From contig NMRA01000036.1 of NCBI GenBank assembly GCA_002633005.1, positions 248,001-312,000 of the forward strand: 64,000 nt of DNA, written 5' to 3'. Numbering within the stretch: the stretch's first letter is position 1; every line of letters starts with the position of its first letter. The DNA is from Phoronis australis. Taxonomy: Eukaryota; Animalia; Phoronida. The position numbers and the translations under genes are program-made. Under the pieces are notes generated by a model. It was not told the origin of the DNA. It made no database searches and was given only the letters and a program-made list of their open reading frames with translations. Shown piece by piece: positions 12,501-24,500 of this stretch.

Positions 12501-15500
12501 AACTATTCAAAGGATCATAATGAAATGTAACAGTTGTGTTCCTGATGAGGAAGCTATGTCTGACAGATTTTTAACCGAATCTGATACATGTGGCGTCCCC
12601 TTGTGATTTTGTATTTTTTGCAATGATGGCTGCAGCTCCTGCTTCCTTTGCATCATGTTTGACTTTTGCAGATGTTTTCCTATTTAGTCATGTGGCAGTG
12701 ACTGTCTATGACTTATTGGACGACTCTGACTTACTGCTATGCCCCTCACTAGCAGTAATTTTATTTTTTACCTTTGGTCCTACATTTTCTGAGTTTGACA
12801 AGTTCTGCACCATCTAATGGCCTTTTTAGGATACTAAGAACACCCATGAGAAGCACGCCATGTGTGTTGCTGTCGTGAACACATATTTTAATGCTCTGCG
12901 ATGCTTTTGTCAATTTGTCATCTAATATGGAGTTAATTGATTGTCTCAATGGAAAAAATTCCCCGCTGACTTTATATTTACCAAAGATAAAAAGGAGACT
13001 GAGGGAGGCGATATAAGGTCATTTATTATGACGATTTTGCATTTGTAAAAAGAATTAATTCAAGTTCTGAACTAAGGCAAGTTCACTTGCACTTTCCACA
13101 GTTGTGCTCTGTTAAATGTGGAGCTCATTCACACCTCAACCGTGTCTTAACTTAGTTTGCAGCTGCATATTTTTTGACATCTAAATTTTTAACTTTTTTG
13201 CGAGTTGCATGTGAGCTGTCATAAATGCGCAAAGGATTATTTGGGGCATCCAAGACACCACTGCCAGTGGACATTGATATACAATTTGAAAATAATTAGT
13301 GTGTCATTTTGGTGTAATTTCAAGCTGCCAAAAGTTGGGTTTATGATGGCTACGACTTAAAAGATAGCCTTTGTCCAATATCAGCTACCAGCTTACAGAG
13401 CAAACGATGCCTTACATGACATTTCCTTGAGTCGTGATTGGATATTTGCTTTGGGATGTCCTACACAGGTTTTGGCTATTTGTAAACATGGCAATCTCAT
13501 TTTGACGATAACCAAATGCTGAAAGTGTTCTAATTATCACATGCATGTATTTCATTTTATAATTGCAGGAATTTTAAGAACCAATATGGTGTCGTATGCA
13601 GATTACATTGATGGCTACTTCACTCTGAAAGTAAATGCTAAAAATTCACGAGGGAAAACAACTGACATAGTCACGGTGCAAGTACGTACAATAGTTGTAT
13701 CTACTGTTCATACTCCTAATCTATTGTCCATTTAGAATAAGTTGTAAACAATGTTTTGCTATAATCCATGAAATCCTTAATTTACTCATTTTCATGCCTG
13801 CATTCAAATGAATTCCTCATTGATGCACAGGTCTTATAGCGCAGGTCTGTGTGTATCATGTAATGTTTCTTGTCAATAATAAAAATGTATCAAATGTTTT
13901 ATCTTGACTTTTTGTGTGAAGAAGGTTATTAAATTTGTTGTCCTATATCCCTGTTTGATGATGATGTATGAATGACTCAAAAAGACACTTTTCAAATAAA
14001 TGCTTCAGGGTAAGGAAAAGGGTTGAATCACCACTTGGCTGCAAAGATGATGTTTGTAGAACGAAACTAGAACAAGTTGTGACAACATTTGAAATGCAAG
14101 CCAATGGTAGTGGCATTAGAAGTCCCATCTGAATAGTTGTTGATTTTCAGTCTTTTTGTGTTACAGATTTATGTGTTCCGTGAAAACTATCAAACAAAGT
14201 TCACTTTCAATAAATCACCGCAGGAAGTTCAAAAGGACTTGAACAAGTTTAAAATGTGAGTAAACAGCAAAGATGTTATTTCTATTTCAGTATCTCATGA
14301 AGTTGTTGAGCGAGCTAGGGTTAAAATTGTTCAGAAGGTGCTTCAAACCAAACTAATGACTGACTTGCAAATTCTGAACTAGGTTTACAAGACAGTATCA
14401 GGGTTAAAAATTTTGACATGGTAATTATTTAATGGCTTCACAGAAATGAAAGTGTTTACTTTTGTTGCGGTTTATTTCAATTTTTGTGAAATATCACGTA
14501 TTTCAATGCTTTATTAGTGTTTGTATTCATTTATCTTGTAAAGATGGACGAGTTTGATTTACAATTTATTGTGTTGGACCTTATCAACAAGTCTGTGCGC
14601 TCAGCCAAATATTTGCAAAACTGTGGAATTTAATTCAAGAAAGTATAGCGTTTCAGAAAGCAAGGAGCCAGTAAAATTTGATTTTTGACTTAACATGTAT
14701 CTGACGTTGATTGGGTCACATGACTGTCTTTTTAGTACAATTAAGCAAAAAATGGTACAGTTATTGAAAAACATTAATATGGTATCATTCACATCACCTA
14801 GTTTTGTTGAAGATAAATACTCAGAAACACTGTTACAGTTTTCTAAGTTATCGTTCTGTTTTGAGCCACTCTCCATTTTATTTTTTCCTATAAACATGTC
14901 GAATAAAAGCCATGTTACTTAAAAGCTTCTCATGCAAAAAAAATTCTAGCAACATTTTATAGTGCAATGCATAGAGTCTGAAAGTTTAATATGAACCCAG
15001 TTTGCTCTTATTGAGATATGATCTTTCAAAGTTTAGGGTCCTGTAGAACTTAAAAAATACAAGTTATATTCTCTGGCTGGATCAGGCAATGGGGAGTGCT
15101 CTTCCCAATCTATTTTTGGAAAGAACACCAAAGAGGCAGTAATATATGATGATAATAAAACTTGCAGATTGATAGAAAATCTTTGTACACTGCTTACACA
15201 AAAAGTTAAACTTGGAAGATGACGTAGTTTGTGAAGTCATGTTTCTAAAGTTTTTATTTGAATTATTGGTTTCAGTGAACTTGAAAAAGTCATGCGTTAT
15301 AAAATTTATCCAAAAGAAGTCAAGTACCACATGGATGGAAATGGAGATTACCAAACTCAAAAGTAAGTTATGGTTTAAACTTCTTCAAAACGTTCGTCTT
15401 TTGTTGGAAATGTGCTTGTTGGTATCTGTCTGCTAAAGATACTCTTTTCGTTCAGCAGTTTGTAACCCAGAATAAGTTTCACTAATCAAATGATTTCCCT

Positions 15501-18500
15501 ACAACTGTTGCAATCCTCTCCCATCCCAAAGTGTATTATTTACTTTTTATGGCCAATGTTTCTTAACAGTTTGATATCATTCACTTGTGAGGGTATTTCA
15601 TTGATGCACCAACAGAAATTCAAAACTTCAATGTTAAAATTTTTTTGAAAAAAATTATATTGAAAGAGCATGCATAGATTTTGACTAAATTCATTTGGTT
15701 TGTGTTGTAATCCTTAATGAGTTTTTAACCACTGTACAACAATGTTAGGTAACTGATTGTGGGAGGTTAGATGGGTATTATAATGTCCTGTGCTTTGCTA
15801 ATTAAGTCAAAGTGGAATAATTTAATTTAATCATGATGAGTCTTGCCATTGAACCAATCAAAGAACTCTTTTTGAGCTGTGGCTTTATCACGTGCAACTG
15901 TGGTTTTGTCTCGTGCAATTGTAGTTTTGTCACGTGCAAATGAAATTGCTCAATCAGTCCATATATTAAAGATCAGTGACATTATTTCGCGTCAAAACGT
16001 CAACAAAAACAATGTGGTTCTAAAAGATAGCACTTCATGGTGCTTTAAGGTCCTTTTAAGGATATTTTAAGTTGTGCCTGCTGGTATTTGTTTAAAATAT
16101 TGTAATTTGTGATATCGCTATTTCATCAATGTCTTCCCATGCTCTTCCTCTGCGTCCCTATGGATGGGCATGAGCTGTCTTGCAATATCTCTTGTGGCGC
16201 TTTTTATTTTCCATGCTACCAGATATTATTATTTTAATGACTTTTGTCCCAATTCTTTGCATTTGGACTCTGTCATAATAAATTACCTTATTTGTCAGCA
16301 TCAGTCTCTTTTTCATCTCTGGTAATGAGCTTGTGACACATAGTATGTGTACAAAGGGAAATATGTTGATAATAAATCTTATTTTTTATTCAGTATGACT
16401 ATTTTAGTGATACTTTAAACAAAACTACCTCTCATAACATATAGTAATATTTATTCCTTCGTCTTTTGTAGGGCCGATGTTTGTGTAGATGTTGTTAACA
16501 TCAACAAACTTGTGTCGTATGACACCATTGTGAAGCAGCGTGGCTTCGACAGTGCAGATGTGAAAGTAATATTAAGCAAATACGGTGTGGTCGGGCAAGG
16601 GGTAAGTTTTGGAGTTTTTGAGAGTGCTGTCAATATGCTTAGATTTGTTCCAAGTCACTGTCACTGCCTAAGTATTACAACCAACCTTTTGTAGATTTGA
16701 AAATATTAATATTGGACACTGCAATGTCACTGACTGAACTTAAAATAACAATTTTGCTTATGTGGGTTGTATTGGCAGTGAAAGTAACATGCACAATAAC
16801 AATGGTAACACTAACGACCATTCTGTTGTTATGAAAAAGAGAATACATGAAGATTTACCGATTATAATTTATGCATATTCAGGTGTCCATGTTCAAAACG
16901 AGATAGCTGCCGTGGAAATGCTTTTGTGCGACTTTCCTAGAGTTGCCTATGGTTGAATTACCTGTCTGTATGTCAAACGCCATGATTGAATGTCTTTAAA
17001 CAGAGCTTTTTGTTCTCAATGTTGAAAATAGTCCTTTCCTGCATAGTGACGTAAGTTTTCCTGGAAAAATCTATTTCTGAGCTTGCCTAAGCATAACAAA
17101 TTTTGCATGAATTGACACACAATCTAAACGGTAGCTTGAAATTGGTAGGCATGAGTGAGTTACTATGTTCACAGCATCCTTTTCTCATATGTACAACTGA
17201 ATAATGGTGCTCATTTTGGTTTTACAGGCCTGCGTCCCGCTTTCTAAAACATATTCATATGGAAATATGTACTGGCTGTGGTATATACTGTTTGTCTTAG
17301 CAGCAATTATCTGGCTTATAGCAACAATTTTGACTGTTATTGTATTTTTCTTGTGGAATAGGTGAGTAGCACTTTAATTTGTTTTCGAAAGTGAATGTGA
17401 TTGAAGACACTTTAAGTCATGATTTTGTGTTAATGTCATATTTAAAATGTAACCAGTATGTCATTTTAAAAGTTTCTTACAAAAATTTATTGATTTTAGA
17501 TTGCCTTGTTCTGTTACTAGATAACATTATCTTGGCTGTATATCAAATGTCCATGTCTACTCTGTATATTTGATCATTCTTCCAGTAATTCACGACACCG
17601 TCATTTTGAGAGTTTCAAAACATTTCAAAATGACATTGACATTTAAAATAACTGGCAATCATTTTTTATTCATCTTCAACCCAGTCCTGTGTGATAGACA
17701 TGAAGAGAGACCAGGTGGCTCCACGAAGCTACATTCCCAAATAGGAAAACAAAGTGCTCATATGTTATAAAGGTCATTTATTAAGAATTCATATTAGTAA
17801 CGTAGAAAAATACAGATTATACTATAAATTATAAAACATACAATATCCACTGGGAAGATGGGCCATCAAAACTGTCACAGCAACTGATGAATGCAGTTCA
17901 CGTCCACGCTTGTGCATTTAATAAAGGATTTTCTTTTGATTTTAATCTTTTCTGCATTTTTTGCTTTCATGCAGGTTCCAAAAGAAAATGAAGGAAGCTA
18001 AATGTGAGTACACTAGCATTAAGTGCATTCCTTTCTGGGCTCTTGTACTCAAAACATCGATGTTCCCTGGTCTCTGTGATTTAGTGATTGAAGAGTATCC
18101 GCAGTTTGTTTCTTGACTTCACCAAGGCATTCACTCTGGTTAATCAAAATAAAGCTGTGTCTCCCGACCTTGTGTAAATATGTAAAAGAATATAAGAAGT
18201 TTGTTGGAAACGTGCAATAGACTCTAGCTCGCTGGCTATATGTAAAAAGATTTATAGACTCTAACTTGATAACTATTGTAAAAATCTGCTCACTTCAGCA
18301 AGAGACTAGCGTAAGTGTAAACTGTTGTTAAATAATTAACCAATGCATGAGATCAATGCACAAAGATTGCACAATAGACACGTACTGTAGTCAATTCTCC
18401 ACTCTGCGGAGGTAGAAAAACACATTGCATGGCTGACTTTGGAAAGGAGGGCTGCTAAATACCTGTGAGCTGAGGTGAACAAAAAGAACCATAAATCACA

Positions 18501-21500
18501 CCTCAGCCAGCTTTATCAATTTTTGTCAGCATTTTAATCCACTGTGTAAAACGTAATAAGAACTTCAAAATGATTTTCTTTGAAGTAGTGATTAGCACAA
18601 AAGCCAAAAGCCCTAATTGTGCACAATATTGTGGAAAATATATCAGAATCAGAGAAGGTTCTCTGACTTATTAAAATATTCATTTATTTATTTCAGATGT
18701 TGAAGATCCTCAAGTTGCAAAGTAAGTTTGAATTGTATTTGCGTTACAGCTTCATTATTTTCCTTGAAAATTTCCTTACAATTTTATGTAAATACCCTAC
18801 TGAATTGCGTTTTATGGTTGATACCAAATGTGTTGCTGTATCCTTTAAACTGAAGCATCTTTTGTTTCTTGTGTGGTTTGACAGTTTGTAAAAGCTATCA
18901 TGCTTGTGGCATTCAGTTTTGCTTCGGATTTCTAAAACTATATCTTGTGTTATACACAATACACCTCATATACACCTACATTGACAAATGCAGCTGCACA
19001 GTGTTTTTGGCTTAATAAATCAGCAATCTTCCACTGTTTAATTTAAGGCCATTATGTACATTGTTTCTAGGATGTGACATATCTCAAAATGTAAGTGAAG
19101 CTTAGAGCTGCTTTTTGCAGGTTAAGGCTTGAGTTGCTTGCATTTCACAAACTATTAACTGGCTGAGCAAACATTCCTTGGCACTGTGAAGAATTAAAAA
19201 ACTCCTGCAAAATCTCACTAATTTGGGACAAAATATTTGTATTTTTTATTTTTTAAAGGCTTCTAACGTTGATGTGAATGTCCACAGTTTTACGAAACTT
19301 TGATATGATATAGCATAGAACTTAAAAAACTGATGGAACATTTTCAGTGCTACCAATCTTTGATGAAAAAATGAGAAAATAAAATTTCATTTGTCTAAAA
19401 TTTGGTGAGATTTTACAGCAATATTTTATTGAAATATAAGTCTGTTATTCATGCAGGTTAAGAGATAGTTTGTTGTCAATTTGCATTTAGTTTCTACATT
19501 TTTCTTAGGCAAGTGACAAGAGTTTACTAAACACCAGTCTTCACTTTTTTGTCATGGACGTAGTTCTTATGACTGGCAACAGCATAGGGGGCTGCAACAC
19601 TTCCCAGCTTTGTTTCTTGACATCTTTGCTTATAGCTCTTTATGTTTACTGGATATCCGTCAACTCGCACAATGATTACATGCACTTTACGTCTTGTCTA
19701 CTCTTCAGTGGCACGTTTAAAAGAGTACTGGTATCAGAAACAGCCAAAGGAAAGTATGCTGTCATTTCTGGAATTAAATGATTGATATACCAGACAGTTC
19801 AAATTTATTCAATTGCCACGTTGATCTATGTTTGAAATAATGTCCTGTAAAATACAAAGTGTGCCACAAACTGTGTTAATTGATTTCGGGAATATCCAGT
19901 TGAACAGGATGGAGCAAATTTCTTCATAAGTTGAATGCTTCCGCTTATTTTAGGCGCACTATTTATAAACAGCAAAGGGCAAAGCAACGAATATATTATT
20001 CATACAGGTAAACTGCACAATCTAGCCTGTTTTCACATACAGCATGTTAAAGATTACTGTAATTCTTCACTAGTTTTAGAACGCTCACCTTCATTATGCT
20101 CACCCAACATATAATTAATCCTACTAATACACACCTATTTAACTGGGAGTGCTAATAATCCCCAAGCATGGTTTGGTATATTGCAAACATGTTTGAACCT
20201 GGTCTGCATGTCACCTGTTGGTCATTAAGCCACCTGATGTGACCAACAGGTGGTGTGCAGACCAGATTTAGGAATGTTCCATATTCATACATACAGTCTG
20301 GTATATTCCCATTCAAATGGGATATCTGATGCTGTTGCAAACATGAGATGGAAGGGGTGACAAAAGACATGGCCACACTATAAATTAATCTAGAACAACT
20401 TGCCCTTTTGCAAATTGCTCCCATTCAGCTGGGTGTCCACACTAAACACCCTATGCCATGTGACAAATATAGCACAGAAATGATTACACACGTTTGTCAA
20501 GTTGCCTCGTACAAGTAGCGACAAGAGTTTCTTATATAGTTGTGAGTACCCACATTTTTTCAAAACTTTGGTACAAAACTTGAACATTTGATGTTGTGCT
20601 ACATCTGTTTCATAGAAAAAAAGAAAAATTTAACCTGTCAGCCGTATTGTTTCCTATAGTGATGAGATTTCACTGCATCACTTAGATAACATTGAAGTTC
20701 TGATACAGTCACATGAATTAGCGATAAAATACCCGTAGCAGAAGTACTTTATGGCACCAACAAGGTAAGGGTAATTGAATTGTGTAAAGAACTTGCATCT
20801 TTGACAATTTGAATTGGCTTTGACAGCCCGCATTAAGTTCATTGTCCTGCGCTATCAGCACCAAACACCTCAGATTTATTTATGGGTTCACCCTTCCAAT
20901 ACTGCTAGATTTGTTGTAATACAGTTTCCCAAATGTACATGTCTTACATGGCACGCACTTATTTTCACATTTCATTTCTTGAAATATTGATTAACAATTT
21001 AGTATAAATAATAAAATAGCATAAAATGTATGTTTCAGGATAGTGATTTTAAGACTTCAGACAGAAATTTAGTCTTACACTCTCGCTTCACAATTGCTGC
21101 CAAGTAATTGAGCGTATCACAGTAAAAATTATTCTATTCCAGTAACTACCAGTTTTGTGTACTGTTGCTCAAATAAGATTTAATTATTTTTTTCTGAAAC
21201 GTCAGACTTTGTTAAGAGCTTTTAAAAGGACAAATTTCTGATTCAAATCTGACGTCACTTTCATGAAACTGATCACAGATTGTATTGATAATTCATAACT
21301 GTACATTTCAATCCATCATAACCTTTGTCTTCAAAATGTCAGACTATCTACAAGAACGTAATTTTGTTCTCTCACTTTAATCTTGTTTTCTCACGTCATT
21401 TACAAAATGGTGTTTTCCTAAATGTCCAGACAGTATACTGCATTAATCGGTCTCGTAAGTGCCTTACCCGATCTCTGACGTAAATTGCGTTTGCATGTTG

Positions 21501-24500
21501 TTCCCAAGAAGTACATAAAAAATTAAAAGTCCTGGTTGTTTCAGCCCGCTTTGGTCGTACTGAACTCATTGAGCAGCACAGCTTTAGCTTCCCTGATGGG
21601 TTTCCACGGCGACCGATAATTTGACTGGGGCTGCAGAAAAGCACCCCTGTTTGGATTGAGGTTTTATAATTTTGTGTAAAATTGGTCATGAGCAGGAACA
21701 TTAAGTGTGACTTGACATATACTTTGCTGTGGAGTTTCTGTGACTTTGAAGGGAAAAATCTTCAACTTTTGAAATGATGAAATTAACTGTAAATGACTAT
21801 ATATAAATGAACAGTTTGATATGGGGTTTGTTTCATGAAAAGTACCTTAAGGCTCAATGCAGAAATTTGGTCTCCCACTCTAAGTTGTTTGTTGTACCAT
21901 CAGCCATAGCTCTGAGCATATCTTTAACATATTAATGTAAGATATCTACTATAATCGCTTTTCACAAAACATCAATCCTATGAAAATGACTGATTATGGT
22001 AAACAAAGGACATGAAAATATGAAATTAATATAAATGACATGGAGGTTTGAATTCAAATTAGAAATAGAGTAGTACATAGTGGCTATAAATAGCAATAAG
22101 TAAATGTAAAATAAACCCTAAGGGTGGATATATAAAACAGAAATGGCATAGAGCAAAATCATCCCCATCAATCTATTCAACAAGTTAAATTTTAATTTAG
22201 CAGGATCTATTTTGTCTGGGTATGCGACAAGCCATGTTGCCGAGTAAAAGGAGGCATGGATTGTCGAATATTGTCATGTATTGTGGCATAAGTACAAAAA
22301 GTACGTAATACAAAAGAAGATTCTGCAAGATGGGCACAGGAAAAAATGCCTGTATGAGAATACTGGCATGGACCAACATGAGCAAAACAATACTGGCATG
22401 GGCCAACACGAGCAAAACAATACTGGCATGGACCAACATGAGCAAAACATTTAAAGGAAACTAATGGTAGAAAATGGCTAGAATATTTAAGGGTGCAACA
22501 ATAAAGCTTTTTGAAGTGTGCTGAAACAACAGACCTTAATCACGGGCAAGGTGGTAAGCTTCAACAACATACCTGCATGGGCAAGGAGGTAGGCTACAAC
22601 AACATACCTGTACAGGCAAGGAGGTAGGCTGTAATAACAGACCTATCTTGGGTAAAGAAAGAGGATGGGCTGAAACCATTGATCCACCTTGGTTGGGAGA
22701 TGCTGAAAATAAACTCGGATGAATTTGAGGAGAGTGGAAACAAATAAGTGATTTAATAACATTGGATGTAAACACCTCTATAAATCATGATTTACCAAAA
22801 GCAGATTCAGGAAGGGGATATTTCTTCCCTCTCATTGTGAAAGATGTTTGATATCTAGTTACCTGTAAAAAAATACTCATCTTAAATGAGTGCTAGCTTG
22901 GTCTTATGTTGCAAGCAATAAATTATCTTCTAGACTTATCAGTTAATCTGAGATGTTCTCTCATATATAAAAAGGACAGGCCTGGTCTCTAATAATTCAT
23001 TTCTCATTGAAAATGATCTTAAGTTACCCAATGTGAGAGGAAATGCAGGGGAAGATTTAATTAAAAGTTTGCATCATGAAGGTCAATGTTCTTACAGGTG
23101 AATGGTGCGTCTGCCTTGGTTGTAGATGGTAATAGTAATAGTTGGTAATAGTTGAACTTGATTTTGGACTTCTAAGAGTGCACTTTGCCTTGTTTAGCTG
23201 AAAAATGAGGCCTGTTACTCTCGTAAATCAGTATCTTGATATTCCCAACTGTGATAGGATTCTGTTCACGTTACCTACTCAAATCACGCATACATGCATC
23301 ATTTTTGAATTTGCAATGTTAGAGTTGACCAACCAAACAATGCCTTACACACACAATTTTCAAATTTTCAATTCTAGAATATGCCTACCCCAGGTTTTTT
23401 TGGGATTTTATCTAAGACACGTATGTCAAATGAAATTTGTTTATTTATTAATGATGTTATTGATTGGCTATGAATTTACCTTTCTTGTTAACTTAATGAG
23501 TTAAACACATAGTCGTACGTCCTAAGTAGTTGGAGATTTGTGTAAAGTCAAAAATCAATTGCTACATATGTTCTAGTTTCAGAAAATATGTATTGAAATC
23601 ACCATTTTTTTGCGGAATATTTACCTGTTTTACGAATGATCTCATATTCCGCAAAATTCTTGCGAAATTTTCCAGAATTTGCTCTGTAAACTTCTCGTAT
23701 GAATGGGGCTTAAATATTTGCTAGTCGTTCACATGAAATATTTAAAACGAAATACGGAATAAACCATTTTCTTCAAAAAAACTTGGCTATTTAGGCCGCT
23801 CAGTATCATCCTGGCCAACTATTATAGTCTTATCGTGACTGGAGGTTTAGTTTCCAACTCAAGCTGGTTTATGTTCGTGCCAGTTGGGTTCCGAGCCACT
23901 GGCCGGGATAACGAGTCAGTCCGGCCGCGACGGGCTTGATCGGGTTCCGAGCCACTGGACGGGATAACAAGCGCTTGGTATGTTTAGAACTCAAAAAATC
24001 ACAAGTCTAAACAACACAGATCTAGGTTCTCCTGTCTGTATTTCACGGAAGAATACTTCGAATTTATCTCCGAACAGACCCCAAACTCCTGCTACGGACC
24101 TTGGTAAATTGGCCTGCCGAACTTTGTAGGCTACGGTGTATCCAAATACCAATAAATCCGTAACAGTGAAATAAAACAACACGTTTTGATAAGAACTCGG
24201 TGTATTTTTAAGGGTTTTACATCGAAGTTTGATGATTTCTTGGTGTTAAACGATGAATTTAAGCGATGAGCTGACACCAGTTACCCGTGTTGTGAACTGC
24301 TGAACAGACTGTGTGTGAAACCAATGACGTCATTGGATAATTTCTACACCATCTGCCATCAGGTGTCAGGTAACACAACCGAACGTGCCGTTATCGAGTA
24401 TATAGAACTACTCGATCTAAATTAATACAAAATAGGTTGTTTTTTTGGGTGGCATTATCCTTTAAGATATATAAAGGTGAGTGGAGTCAATAAACATTTA

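Noticed and set aside
23886-23968. GC-rich 27-bp direct repeat pair (GGGTTCCGAGCCACTGG.CGGGATAAC) as a structured RNA gene
   Set aside because: Only two copies 56 bp apart in a CpG-rich, probably transposon-derived patch; no recognisable RNA family or clear termini.
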